Source: Massalongia carnosa
Lineage: Eukaryota
Length of the DNA: 64,000 bases
Direction of reading: 5' to 3'
NCBI GenBank assembly: GCA_965645245.1
Contig: OZ287073.1
Span: forward strand, 682,001-746,000
Below are positions 22,701 through 31,168 of the stretch, in pieces (position 1 is the stretch's first letter; each line of letters opens with the position of its first letter). The notes beneath the pieces are model-generated. The model did no database searches and was not told the DNA's origin. It saw only the letters and a program-made list of their open reading frames with translations. The position numbers and the translations under genes are program-made.

Positions 22701-24187
22701 TGCAAAACGGAACCAGATATCACAGCGGAATTCAGTTGGCTGAATGCGAAGACAGGGATGGTGTTCTTTACTTCCGAAATCGACGATATGTACCAAAATC
22801 AGACAGATTGAGACTCAGGATTCTGCAATTAGCCCACGATAGTGTGGTAGGTGGCCATCCAGGACGTGCGAAATGCTTCGAGATTATCGGCCGCTCCTAT
22901 TGGTGGCCCAGTATGCATAAGACCATTCAGCAATTCGGGCGAAACTGCCATGTGTGTAAACGGTCTAAACCATCGCGGGAAAGATATCAAGGATGGTTGC
23001 GACCGTTGCCTCCGCCAGAACGCCGCTGGCGCGACGTATCCATGGATTATGTCGGTCCTCTCCCCGTAAGTACCTTTATGGGAGTCACCTATCGCTACAT
23101 TCTTGTATTCGTTGATCGATTATCCAAACAAAAGCATTACGCACCTACCGTAACGATGGAAGTCGAAGAAGCCGCAACAGCTTTTTATTGGTATGTATGG
23201 AAACACCATGGCCTGCCAGATGTTCTAGTTTCTGATCGTGGATCCCAATTCGTATCGGACTTCTGGCAAACATTGTGCAAACGACTAAAGATTGATGCTC
23301 GTTTATCAACCAGTTATCATCCTGAAACAGATGGTCAAACGGAAAGAGCAAATGCGTCAATGGAGCATTACCTTAGGGCTTATGTGAATTATATGCAGGA
23401 TGATTGGGTCGAGTTTCTTCCTGGCGCTGAATTCGCTGCCAATAACACTGATTCATCTAGCACTCTGGCATCGCCATTTTTAGCAAATTCAGGGCAACAC
23501 CCCCGCATGGGCTTTGAACCTGCAGAACCTCTACCGGAAAATATATCGACCCAGGCCCGGGCAAATCTGATTGCTGCTAATAAATTCGCTGACAGGATGC
23601 AGAAATTAGATTCTCACCTGCGTGACGAAATGCTAATTGCCCAAGCCATATATGAATCCAACGCTAACGCAAATCGTCGTCCCTGCCCTCGTTATTCTGT
23701 CGGAGATATGGTCTGGTTAAACACAAAGAATATCCAGACTGCTAGACCTACGGTGAAATTGGACGACAGAAATATTGGACCATATCGGGTGAATCGTGTC
23801 TTCCCGAACAATCCTTTAATCGTACAGTTGGAACTCCCAGAGACTGTCAAGATTCATCCTGTTTTCCATGTCAATCTCTTGCAACACGACCCTGCCGACC
23901 CTTTGCCCGGTCAACACCCAGCACCGCGTGATCCTGTTATCGCAGAAGACGGGCAACGGGAATGGTATGTAAACAGTATTCTGAACTCAAAATACGATCG
24001 CCGTTATCAGCCGCCTCTGTTGCAGTATTTCGTCAATTGGGAAGGACATACCCCTACTTGGGAACCATTCAACTTCCTAACTAATTGTCAGCAAGCCTTA
24101 GACGACTTTCATTCTGCTTACCCTGCCGCCGCCGGACTACACATCACCCCATGTACAACTCCCCGCTGTCGTTGCCAAGAAATTTAG
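19742..24187 (+). CDS. pol: Pol of element C (PR-RT-RNaseH-IN-chromodomain), -1 frame relative to gag
   Basis: Uninterrupted ORF of over 1460 aa: LVDSGA, YLDD, ETDASD, HHCC, DDE core, chromodomain; -1 frame is open from the gag end. Confidence 0.96.
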   Translation, partial: GKSLVSAHSRAQRQPDFLISSCLLSTSFTPPLMSSNRFSASSALTLFETDETFRDSHMVISCILRRFQTRIKALILVDSGASGYSFIDQDFARFHNFPLHQLKYPRRLSGFDGQPALTGNITHIAEVTMDLNGHVEKLFLYVTGLRHYPIVLGHPWLRRHGVITNFSNNTLSLSSPFCLAHCCPSPVMMQSATTKEEEFLMPAESQKVWQSEETALQTSQPELSIFEYQKEDGPSRILTAIQRGTTPKIRPRSQSYVRVRPQSVRTLSPIQKPNQTQISSSVQTINSTQTSCSNSSQICEVSAVTFDRLARKKNHEIFSISLHEIDRFLGIKAPPSPSPSHSDPSSSISLIAKQAFPPLNPKACPSDKDMHMTICKINKELTLETSVTQEELEAIRERKNVDPSTILPKQYHEFLDVFSRKESEVLPERRPYDHAINLKDGFQPPNQALYGMSRDEIEELRRYLDDNLAKGFIRASRSHAASPVMFVKKPGGGLRFCVDYRGLNAVTIKNRYPLPLIAETLNRLSRAKIFTKLDIIAAFNRLRIKEGDEELTAFRTRFGLFEYLVMPFGLCNGPASFQHFINDTLREYLDDFCTAYLDDILIYSDVESEHEIHVKRILIKLREAGLQADITKCAFHVKEVSYLGLIVTTEGIKMDPAKVETVINWPTPQNVKDVQSFLGFANFYRRFILRFSMIAGPLTNLTRKDVKFLWTDKCQQAFDTMKRTFTSDVVLLHFDPDKPIIVETDASDYISAGILSQYDKNSVLRPIAYFSKKHNPAECNYEIYDKELMAIVRAFEEWRPELEGSAHPINVITDHKNLEYFTSSKQLSRRQARWSEFLSRFDYKIIYRPGKAGGKPDALTRRSGDLPKEGDETDERRQFQHQTVIKSHNIDEEVARDLNLCPAIRLAPAFLEQEVIRLAPAFLEQEHELDESENLGNEDDNHNDEPQLDPDSDQIASDNDPMDIPTDELWNQAIQRDRFAPKILVMLQNGTRYHSGIQLAECEDRDGVLYFRNRRYVPKSDRLRLRILQLAHDSVVGGHPGRAKCFEIIGRSYWWPSMHKTIQQFGRNCHVCKRSKPSRERYQGWLRPLPPPERRWRDVSMDYVGPLPVSTFMGVTYRYILVFVDRLSKQKHYAPTVTMEVEEAATAFYWYVWKHHGLPDVLVSDRGSQFVSDFWQTLCKRLKIDARLSTSYHPETDGQTERANASMEHYLRAYVNYMQDDWVEFLPGAEFAANNTDSSSTLASPFLANSGQHPRMGFEPAEPLPENISTQARANLIAANKFADRMQKLDSHLRDEMLIAQAIYESNANANRRPCPRYSVGDMVWLNTKNIQTARPTVKLDDRNIGPYRVNRVFPNNPLIVQLELPETVKIHPVFHVNLLQHDPADPLPGQHPAPRDPVIAEDGQREWYVNSILNSKYDRRYQPPLLQYFVNWEGHTPTWEPFNFLTNCQQALDDFHSAYPAAAGLHITPCTTPRCRCQEI

Positions 24188-25564
24188 TCAACTCGCAGGA
24201 GCTCGTTCTTGAAGAGGGGAGCTACTGTCACGGAATCGCTTCGCACCCTCCCGCTTGTCCTGATCGGGTTAGTATTTAACAGGGCCCATTGCTGTCATCC
24301 ATCGTGCTCAGGCGTTCTTCTGCCGCCCTCAGCGCACTATCAATCTCCTACAATCCGCATCCAATCTCAACGTCTCCACTATCCAGGCTTATGACTGAGA
24401 GTGCTTCAGCACAGATAAAGGCGGGATAGGTCAAAGCAATCATGTTAAGGAAATTAGTACAGGAACAGAGACGGGGCAAGTCGAGAATAGGAGAGTTGAA
24501 AGCCATGGCTATAAAGTCTGTGGTTTCCCAGGTGTTTAGAGCTCTTTATCGGACGTCTTGTATATTATTCTCTACTTCTAGTTTTAGCATATCTAGATAT
24601 CCGTTCTGCAAGATAGAGTCTTGTATCTCTCCAGCCCTCCCCTGACAGATTTGAATGTCTTTGTACGAAATTGATTGAATGCGGCCAGAAAACCCAGACC
24701 ATGAAGTCAACGTCACCCAACCGAATGGCGTTGTCAACCGCTTCAGCATGATAATGTTTCATTGGCTGCAAAACACCAACGTCCAATGGCTGCGTCAAAT
24801 GGGTTGAATGGGGGGGTAATCTGAATAAACAGATCTTATTTTCTTTCGAATATTCCCAAAATTCATACGTTAGATGAGATCCATATACATCCAACAAAAG
24901 AAGCCTAAACGCTCCTTTTTGAACCTTTTTTGAATCAGCATTAAAATGCTTTAACCACTCTAATGCTAGAAAATCATTCGAATAGCCGCTATCGCTTGTA
25001 GTCAACACGATATCATCTTTCAAATCATTCTCTAAGGCCCATTTGTGAAGTATGTTGACCCCTTTCAAAATCAAAAAGGATGGAACGCTTCCGCCAACTC
25101 CATTGATGCATTCGACCGAAGTTATATAGTCTCGATTGTCTGGATCAGCGATCATAATTCGTTTATGTGATGATAGTGTCACCACCAAATGGGTTACCCC
25201 ACAGCCAACTCGAAAGCCTATCTCATCCATATTCCATATATCATCTGGAGTTATACCAAGAAGGGCTACAGTCGATTGAAATGAAGAGAAATAAGTTTGA
25301 ATATCCGTAACAATGTGAGCGTTTTTCATTTCGGCTGCTAACGGCTTGGCTTTTTGCATGAAAAATTGGGGATTTCTTTTCAAGAATCGTCCGGTCCAGG
25401 ATTTTCCTACGCGGGTGAGAGAAGATGAAGACGAGGAAGGATGTTGCAATTGCATCAAATAATTAGCTGCACCGCGAATCAATAACAATCTCATTGATAA
25501 TTCAATATCATCAAGAAATTCAATATACTCCTTCAAGGCTAGTTCTTGTGCAGCAGACAGCCTC

Positions 25565-26079
25565 TGTAAGAGTCAGACCTGGCGATTATCAGACACCAGG
25601 CCTAGGGATATGTGACAATGTGAAGACACTAATGATTTGCTATACTAATGTACTAAAAGAAGTATGTAGGTAAAGCGGAAGACTAATCGTTGAAGATTGC
25701 ATCTCCCTCGAGCAGCCTCCTTATATACCCGGACCGAAGCCCTTGACCCTCTGGGCCCTTGATACTGTAACTGTCTTGACCGCCCATTACTCCTACCGGA
25801 TAAGCCGGCTAAACACTCTGCTGACTGCATCGTGGACACTGTGCTGACTGTATCGTAGAAACTGTGCTGACTGTATCGTGGATACTGTGCTGACTGTATC
25901 GTACCATTCGCTCACTAATCGTACGAGCATCCTCGTATATCTCGATCGCTCGTACTATACTCTCGGCAGTAGATACCAGCCGCGTAACGCAGACCAACTG
26001 CTTTCCATATGACTAAGCCTAGCCGTAGAACTAAGCCCCGCTTAGTTAGCTTAGCCCTTATTCCTTCTATGCCCTGACA
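25565..26079 (-). mobile_element. Solo LTR (515 bp) inside the pogo transposase
   Basis: TG...CA termini; TSD gcctc 25560-25564 / 26080-26084; internal ~23-bp tandem repeat at ~25814-25902; orientation inferred. Confidence 0.88.
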
Positions 26080-26609
26080 GCCTCATATTGACTACTTTTC
26101 GCTTGCTATATCCATGTAGTCTTCTTTGAAATAGACGAGGTAAAATATCGAATTCTTTGGCACAGGCTACGGCTGATTTGTATGTGTTCTTTGCAAATGC
26201 ATCTAAGGCCTTTGCAATATTAGCCTCTCGTTTCTTGTACGAATAAGACATGATGTGGTTGAATAATAAATGGTTGATGATAGATGATAGAAATTTTTAA
26301 AAATGCGTCATGGAGGTGAGCCGCACCTGGAGCGTAGCTCCGGGTGCGGTCCATCGGATTTACCTCGGTCGCACGGTTACCCGTAGTGACATTATCAATA
26401 CTCATGGTATGAGTAGTTCCACGACGGTGATGAAAACCTACATTAGGCTTAGCACGGTATGAGTTTTTATTAACCGGCGATCTGTACATAGCTTTCCTTC
26501 TTTATCTTACTAGTTTTCGTATATAGTCCCTATTAGATTTCTATCTAGGTCGGCGTGCTATAAATAGAGCTTGGTCTGCGGACTAAGTAATGTGCCTTTT
26601 GGTCGGGAG

Positions 26610-26982
26610 TGTCATGGAGTGACTGGGCACCTGCCAGTTAGTTCATTGAACCAACCTTAGCTGCTTGAACGAAGCACTAGCCGGCTAGCCGATCCGAAAG
26701 GAACTAAGCTTAATCCGGTTTAGTCAGGGCAAAGGTAAGTGTTCCGGCTGAAGGTAAGTGTTCGGACTTGTCAATAGTGTCATAGCGATAGTTTCATGCC
26801 AGGGACTTGGGAAATTGGATCAACGGCTGGATTGGGACTGGTTCCGTTCGCCAGAGTCTTATACTCGCCCACGTTGGATTTTCTGTTTCTTTTCTCCTTG
26901 TCGAACGTCTTGTCCACCTAGCTAGACAATCAAGTAATACGTTTGCACCATCTGAATTTCTACCTGACCTCGCACCGTGACA
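26610..26982 (+). mobile_element. Solo LTR (373 bp) inside LTR F
   Basis: tgtcatgg...ccgtgaca termini; TSD gggag 26605-26609 / 26983-26987. Confidence 0.88.
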
Positions 26983-27129
26983 GGGAGGACAGGTGGCGCA
27001 ATGGTAGAAATCTACTCATTATCTCGCTTCGTCACAACTGCTTTATTATTTCTTGCAATAAATCTTACTTTTTTTTCTAATTATGTCGTCTTTAATGTCT
27101 TTCTTTAATTCTTGATAAAATGTTATAAA

Positions 27130-27299
27130 TGTAACGGTTCGACCATACGTGGTACGGACGGCAGGACCCACAGCGAATATAGTACGAGTCCCAGTTATAG
27201 TAGAATAGAGCTTGGTCTTCGGACTAAGTATTGTGCCTTTTGGTCGGGAGGACAGGTGGCGCAATGGTAGAAATCTATTCACTATCTCGCTTCGTCACA
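27130..27299. mobile_element. Solo LTR family F copy
   Basis: Full-length match to 37504-37672; TSD not clearly preserved. Confidence 0.82.
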
Positions 27300-27602
27300 G
27301 TTAATGTCGTAGCGTTTTATTCTATTGTAATTGTTTATTGATGAAATTCTACTGCATAATTGATCGCGAATTCTAATTGTCTCAACTTTAATATTTCTCT
27401 TTCTATTGTACATTTTTCGTCGACGTCTTCGAATATAAATCGTAACTCGTTTTCGAATTTTTCATAATTCTAAAATACTTATCTTGTGACGTCTTTTCAT
27501 TCGACTCGATCATTCTCTAAGCAATTTCTTATTAAAGAATTTATTTATCTGATAACTTTGTCTCGCATAAATTATTAGACGTATAGTATTCTTTCTTGAT
27601 CG

Positions 27603-29080
27603 TGTCACGATTCTACACGGCACGACCTCGGCACTCGGCACCGCCTAGGGCAATCGTAGATGGAACACGCAGGCGCTTTCGATTTCGTTCCCGCAGCTGC
27701 TAGAAGGTTCCATGACGACTATACCACATGGGTACTAGCGCAGTAGAGGATATATATGGGCATATTCTGGTTGTCGATTGTATTTTTCCTTCTTCATCTT
27801 TATTGTATTCGTTTCTAGTATCCCTATGACTTGTCTCTAGGTAGATCATAAAATTACAATAAAGATCGTCTTCGTCAATTATCCTACGTGAGGGATGTAA
27901 AAGAACTCACCGAATCGAGGACTAAAGAAAGAACGACCCTTTCATTAGGCAAGTCGTACGAACCAGAGCCAGAACTACCAGAACCAGAAGGCCGCTGTCA
28001 CGATTCTACACGGCACGACCTCGGCACTCGGCACCGCCTAGGGCAATCGTAGATGGAACACACAGGCGCTTTCGGTTTCGTTCCCGCAGCTGCTAGAAGG
28101 TTCCATGACGGCTATACCAAATGGGTACTAGCGCAGTAGAGGATATATAGGGGCAGGTTCTGGTTGTCGATTGTCTATTTCCTTCTTCATCTTTATTGTA
28201 TTCGTTTCTAGCATCCCTATAACTTGTCTCTAGGTAGATCATAACAGCCGCCACCCCTATAGCGTGGCACCCAGACCCAGAACCCGAACCAGAAGGCCGC
28301 CACCCCTACAGCGTGGCAGCCAGACCCAGAATCCGAACCCAGAAGAACTATCCTCGCTGGCGGATGTAAAAGAAACCCACATCGGAACGACAACGAGCGA
28401 CCCTTGCACTAGGCCAGTCTTACGAACCAGAACCACCAGAACCTTCAGAACCACCCAGACCCAGAAGAACCATCCTCGGTGGCGGATGTAAAAGAACCCC
28501 ACATCGGAACGACAACGAGCGACCCTTGCACTAGTTAGGCCAGTCGTACGAACCAGACCCAGAACCAGAACCAGGACCACCAGACACTAGACACCAGAAA
28601 CAGACAGCAGGCACCAGACACCAGACACCAGACCCCAGATACCAAAGCACTGACTGCACCGAAATTACCGGAAAATCGACGAAAGAGCTTGGAAAGACAC
28701 GGGAAACCTTGGTAAAGAATCTGAAGCACTTCAGCTAATGAACCAGTTTCACCGCTGACTACTGACTGCCTGCACCGCTTGCACCGCCTAGTTCGCGCTC
28801 AGGTGATCACGATTTAAAGCGAAGGGTAGTGTCACGATTCTACACGGCACGACCTCGGCACTCGGCACCGCCTAGGGCAATCGTAGATGGAACACGCAGG
28901 CGCTTTCGATTTCGTTCCCGCAGCTGCTAGAAGGTTTCATGACGACTATACCACATGGGTACTAGCGCAGTAGAGGATATATAGGGGCAGGTTCTGGTTG
29001 TCGATTGTCTTTTTCCTTCTTTATCTTTATTGTATTCGTTACTAGTGTCCTTATGACTTGTCTCTAGGTAGATCATAACA
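27603..29080 (+). mobile_element. Non-autonomous TRIM-like LTR element 'E'
   Basis: 251-bp LTRs 27603-27853 and 28830-29080; PBS-position sequence tacaataaagat; PPT aaagcgaagggtag; repetitive non-coding interior; no matching TSD. Confidence 0.8.
27996..28246 (+). mobile_element. Solo LTR of family E inserted in element E
   Basis: 251-bp copy with TSD gccgc 27991-27995 / 28247-28251. Confidence 0.9.
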
Positions 29081-29132
29081 GTCTAATATAACTTTAAATT
29101 ATTATATAAAATCAAGTAATTATTAATTAAAA

Positions 29133-29717
29133 ACGGCTGAAAATACACACGCAGCTAAAAAAGGCAGAAAGCGCTCTAACAACTCAAATCCGCACTGGCA
29201 AGATCGGGTTAGCTGACTTCCTCTACAAGCGACGGGTGCCCTCCGTCACCTCACCGGCCTGCTCATGTGGCTGGCACAGACAAACTCCAGAACATGTAAT
29301 TATGTTCTGCAGACTTATTGACAATAGAGAACAGATATTTCGCGCCGCCGGCACGAGCGACTATCAGCAGCTGACCAAATCATCAAAAACTCTAAAGATA
29401 CTAAATGCTTGGCTAATAAAAACAGGCTTATTGAATCAATTCACACTAGCATCAACATTATTGTAAAATCAACAATAGTTGAACCTTTCTTTCTTTCTTC
29501 TCTTTTCACAAGGCATTACAGTTCCCACACGTCTTTTGCACTGCGTCTCCCGCCCGACGTCGACACGTAGTCACATCGGACGGGTATCAAGGGACATGGT
29601 TTTTACACCTGTGAAAGGTTTTCCATGTAACATAACTTAGATAGCTTTGCCCGCATGGGCCGGCCTACGGCCGGTGTCATATCGGAGTATGAATACATCA
29701 TCATTATTATTATCATT
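29133..29717 (+). mobile_element. 5'-truncated non-LTR retrotransposon (Tad1-like LINE 3' end)
   Basis: Frame reads QIRTGKIGL...CSCG...QTPEHVIMFC (C-terminal CCHC of LINE ORF2), stop at 29466; 3' UTR ends in a (cat/tat)n tail. Confidence 0.75.
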
Positions 29718-30430
29718 AATTAAAGACAACATCTTATAAATAGTCAGCAAACAAAAGATTTCTCTATAAAACGACCCTCTGATTACGTAATTCGGGTCAG
29801 GCGTTGTTGAGTAATCCGCTGTTGCTAAAATAATCGGAGAAAATATTTTTCAAATTGTTTTTTGTATAATTAGTATTACTCGGTCAATACTATTTCAAAA
29901 AAGTAATTTTATTTATCATTTTGTAGCTCTTATTAGGAAATATTTTGTGACATAATATAAAAAATTTGCAACTAAGACTGAAGTTTATATCCTGATCGGA
30001 CAGAAACCCGAAAATTTGTCCGACGGTCATTCTAGAAATAATCAGAAATAATCAAATATGTCGATCGCAGCAATGTTTCTTATCGTTAAATCTGTCGCGA
30101 TAGATTTTCTCTTTTAACAGACTAATCACGTCTTGTCACGTCGGATTATTATTTCTCTAATAATATTTAATGAGATTCTCTCATCTCACGTTTTTCTGTA
30201 TTGTTATTGTCACGCTTCTACACTGCACGACTTCGACACCGCCTAGGGCAATCGTAGATGGGTATAAGAGGGACAGTAGACACTAGTCCTTATGGGTTAT
30301 AATGCTCAGTGTGACTGCTAATAGATTGGTAGGTGCTAAAGCTAAAAGCTGATTCCCTGAAGATGGGAATCGAGCTTTCTATATACCCCTTGGGGTCCTA
30401 TTTACTAACTACTTGTCTGGTTACCTGTCT

Positions 30431-30587
30431 GCCTTGTTGCCTTCAGCTGAGGTCTAGTAGATAGCCTTGCTGCCTTCAGCTGAGGTCTAGCAGATAACCT
30501 TGTTGCCTTCAGCTGAGGTCTAGCAGATAGCCTTGTTACCTTCAGCTGAGGTCTAGCAGATAGCCTTGTTGCCTTCAGCTGAGGTCT
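30431..30587. repeat. 33-bp tandem repeat (~4.7 copies) in LTR D, also at ~36467-36623
   Basis: Unit gccttgttgccttcagctgaggtctagcagata. Confidence 0.9.
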
Positions 30588-31168
30588 CCTAGGCGTCCCA
30601 GGCCTCCCATGAGATCGAGGCTTATCTGAATAGCTTCAGTTGCTGCCTAATAAACTGGTAAGGCTGATTGCTGATGGCTTAGTATTGCTATCCGCCTTAT
30701 CATGACTAAGCATCCGGATTATCAGTCACCCGGTCTTCTTGGGTGAGTCATCCCAGGAGCTAGCGCAGTCCTGTATTGCCGCGCTATTACAATTACCTCC
30801 CTTCTAGTAATGAGCTCCTGCGAAATTCATCCCAGGTAGTTCGTGCGTTCAGCCCATCATCGCGTGGTAATTGCAAGCGGTTAATCGTGCCGATGGCTTT
30901 AACGTCGATGGCCGCTTGAATGCAGGCTAGCAAGAGTTGGGATTTGTAAGAGCTTGGAAGATATTAGGATAACATAACTTGATGCTCTGGCCCAGCCTCA
31001 TTAAAAACCTCCCACCTCCCTTCTAGGGAAGGTGCTAGGAAAAGAGCTACTGGCCTGGATGGAATCGAGCATGACGTTACTGCAACACATTGCTGAGCTC
31101 CTAGCGCAGCCTCATTAAAAACCTCCAACCTTTTTTCGTGGGCAGGTGGTAGGAAAAGAGTGCTGGCC

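Larger units (their letters stand above)
18010..24647 (+). mobile_element. Intact Ty3/Gypsy chromovirus 'C'
   Basis: 422-bp LTRs 18010-18431 and 24226-24647 (one C/T difference seen); TSD gattt 18005-18009 / 24648-24652; PPT gaagagggga. Confidence 0.97.
17368..26251 (-). pseudogene. pogo/Fot1 DDD transposase split by insertions (26251-26080, 25559-24648, 18004-17368)
   Basis: N-terminal HTH, WNMDEIGF, LLLD, LPPHSTHLTQPLDVG, IKSAWEKTGL; frames rejoin across the TSDs; additional frameshifts. Confidence 0.88.
17293..26377 (-). mobile_element. Fot1/pogo-type DNA transposon carrying two LTR insertions
   Basis: About 65-bp TIRs accgtgcgaccgag... (2 mismatches seen); TA at 17291-17292 and 26378-26379. 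Confidence 0.93.
4625..26562. mobile_element. Degenerate solo-LTR-like insertion G (~270 bp native: 4625-4709 plus 26380-26562)
   Basis: 5-bp TSD aatag at 4620-4624 and 26563-26567 exactly where LTR F is broken; termini tataac...gctata resemble mutated TG...CA. Confidence 0.72.
4546..27036. mobile_element. Solo LTR family F (~170 bp native), split by nested insertions
   Basis: Left half 4546-4624 and right pieces 26563-26609 and 26983-27036 rebuild the intact copy at 37504-37672; TSD actgc at 4541-4545 and 27037-27041. Confidence 0.88.

Noticed and set aside
28257..28729. Low-complexity ORFs inside element E
   Set aside because: Translations of accaga-type repeats with no gag or pol motifs.
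30431..30587. CRISPR-like appearance of the 33-bp repeats (also the 23-bp repeats at 25814-25902)
   Set aside because: Head-to-tail repeats without unique spacers, inside LTRs of a eukaryotic genome; no cas genes.
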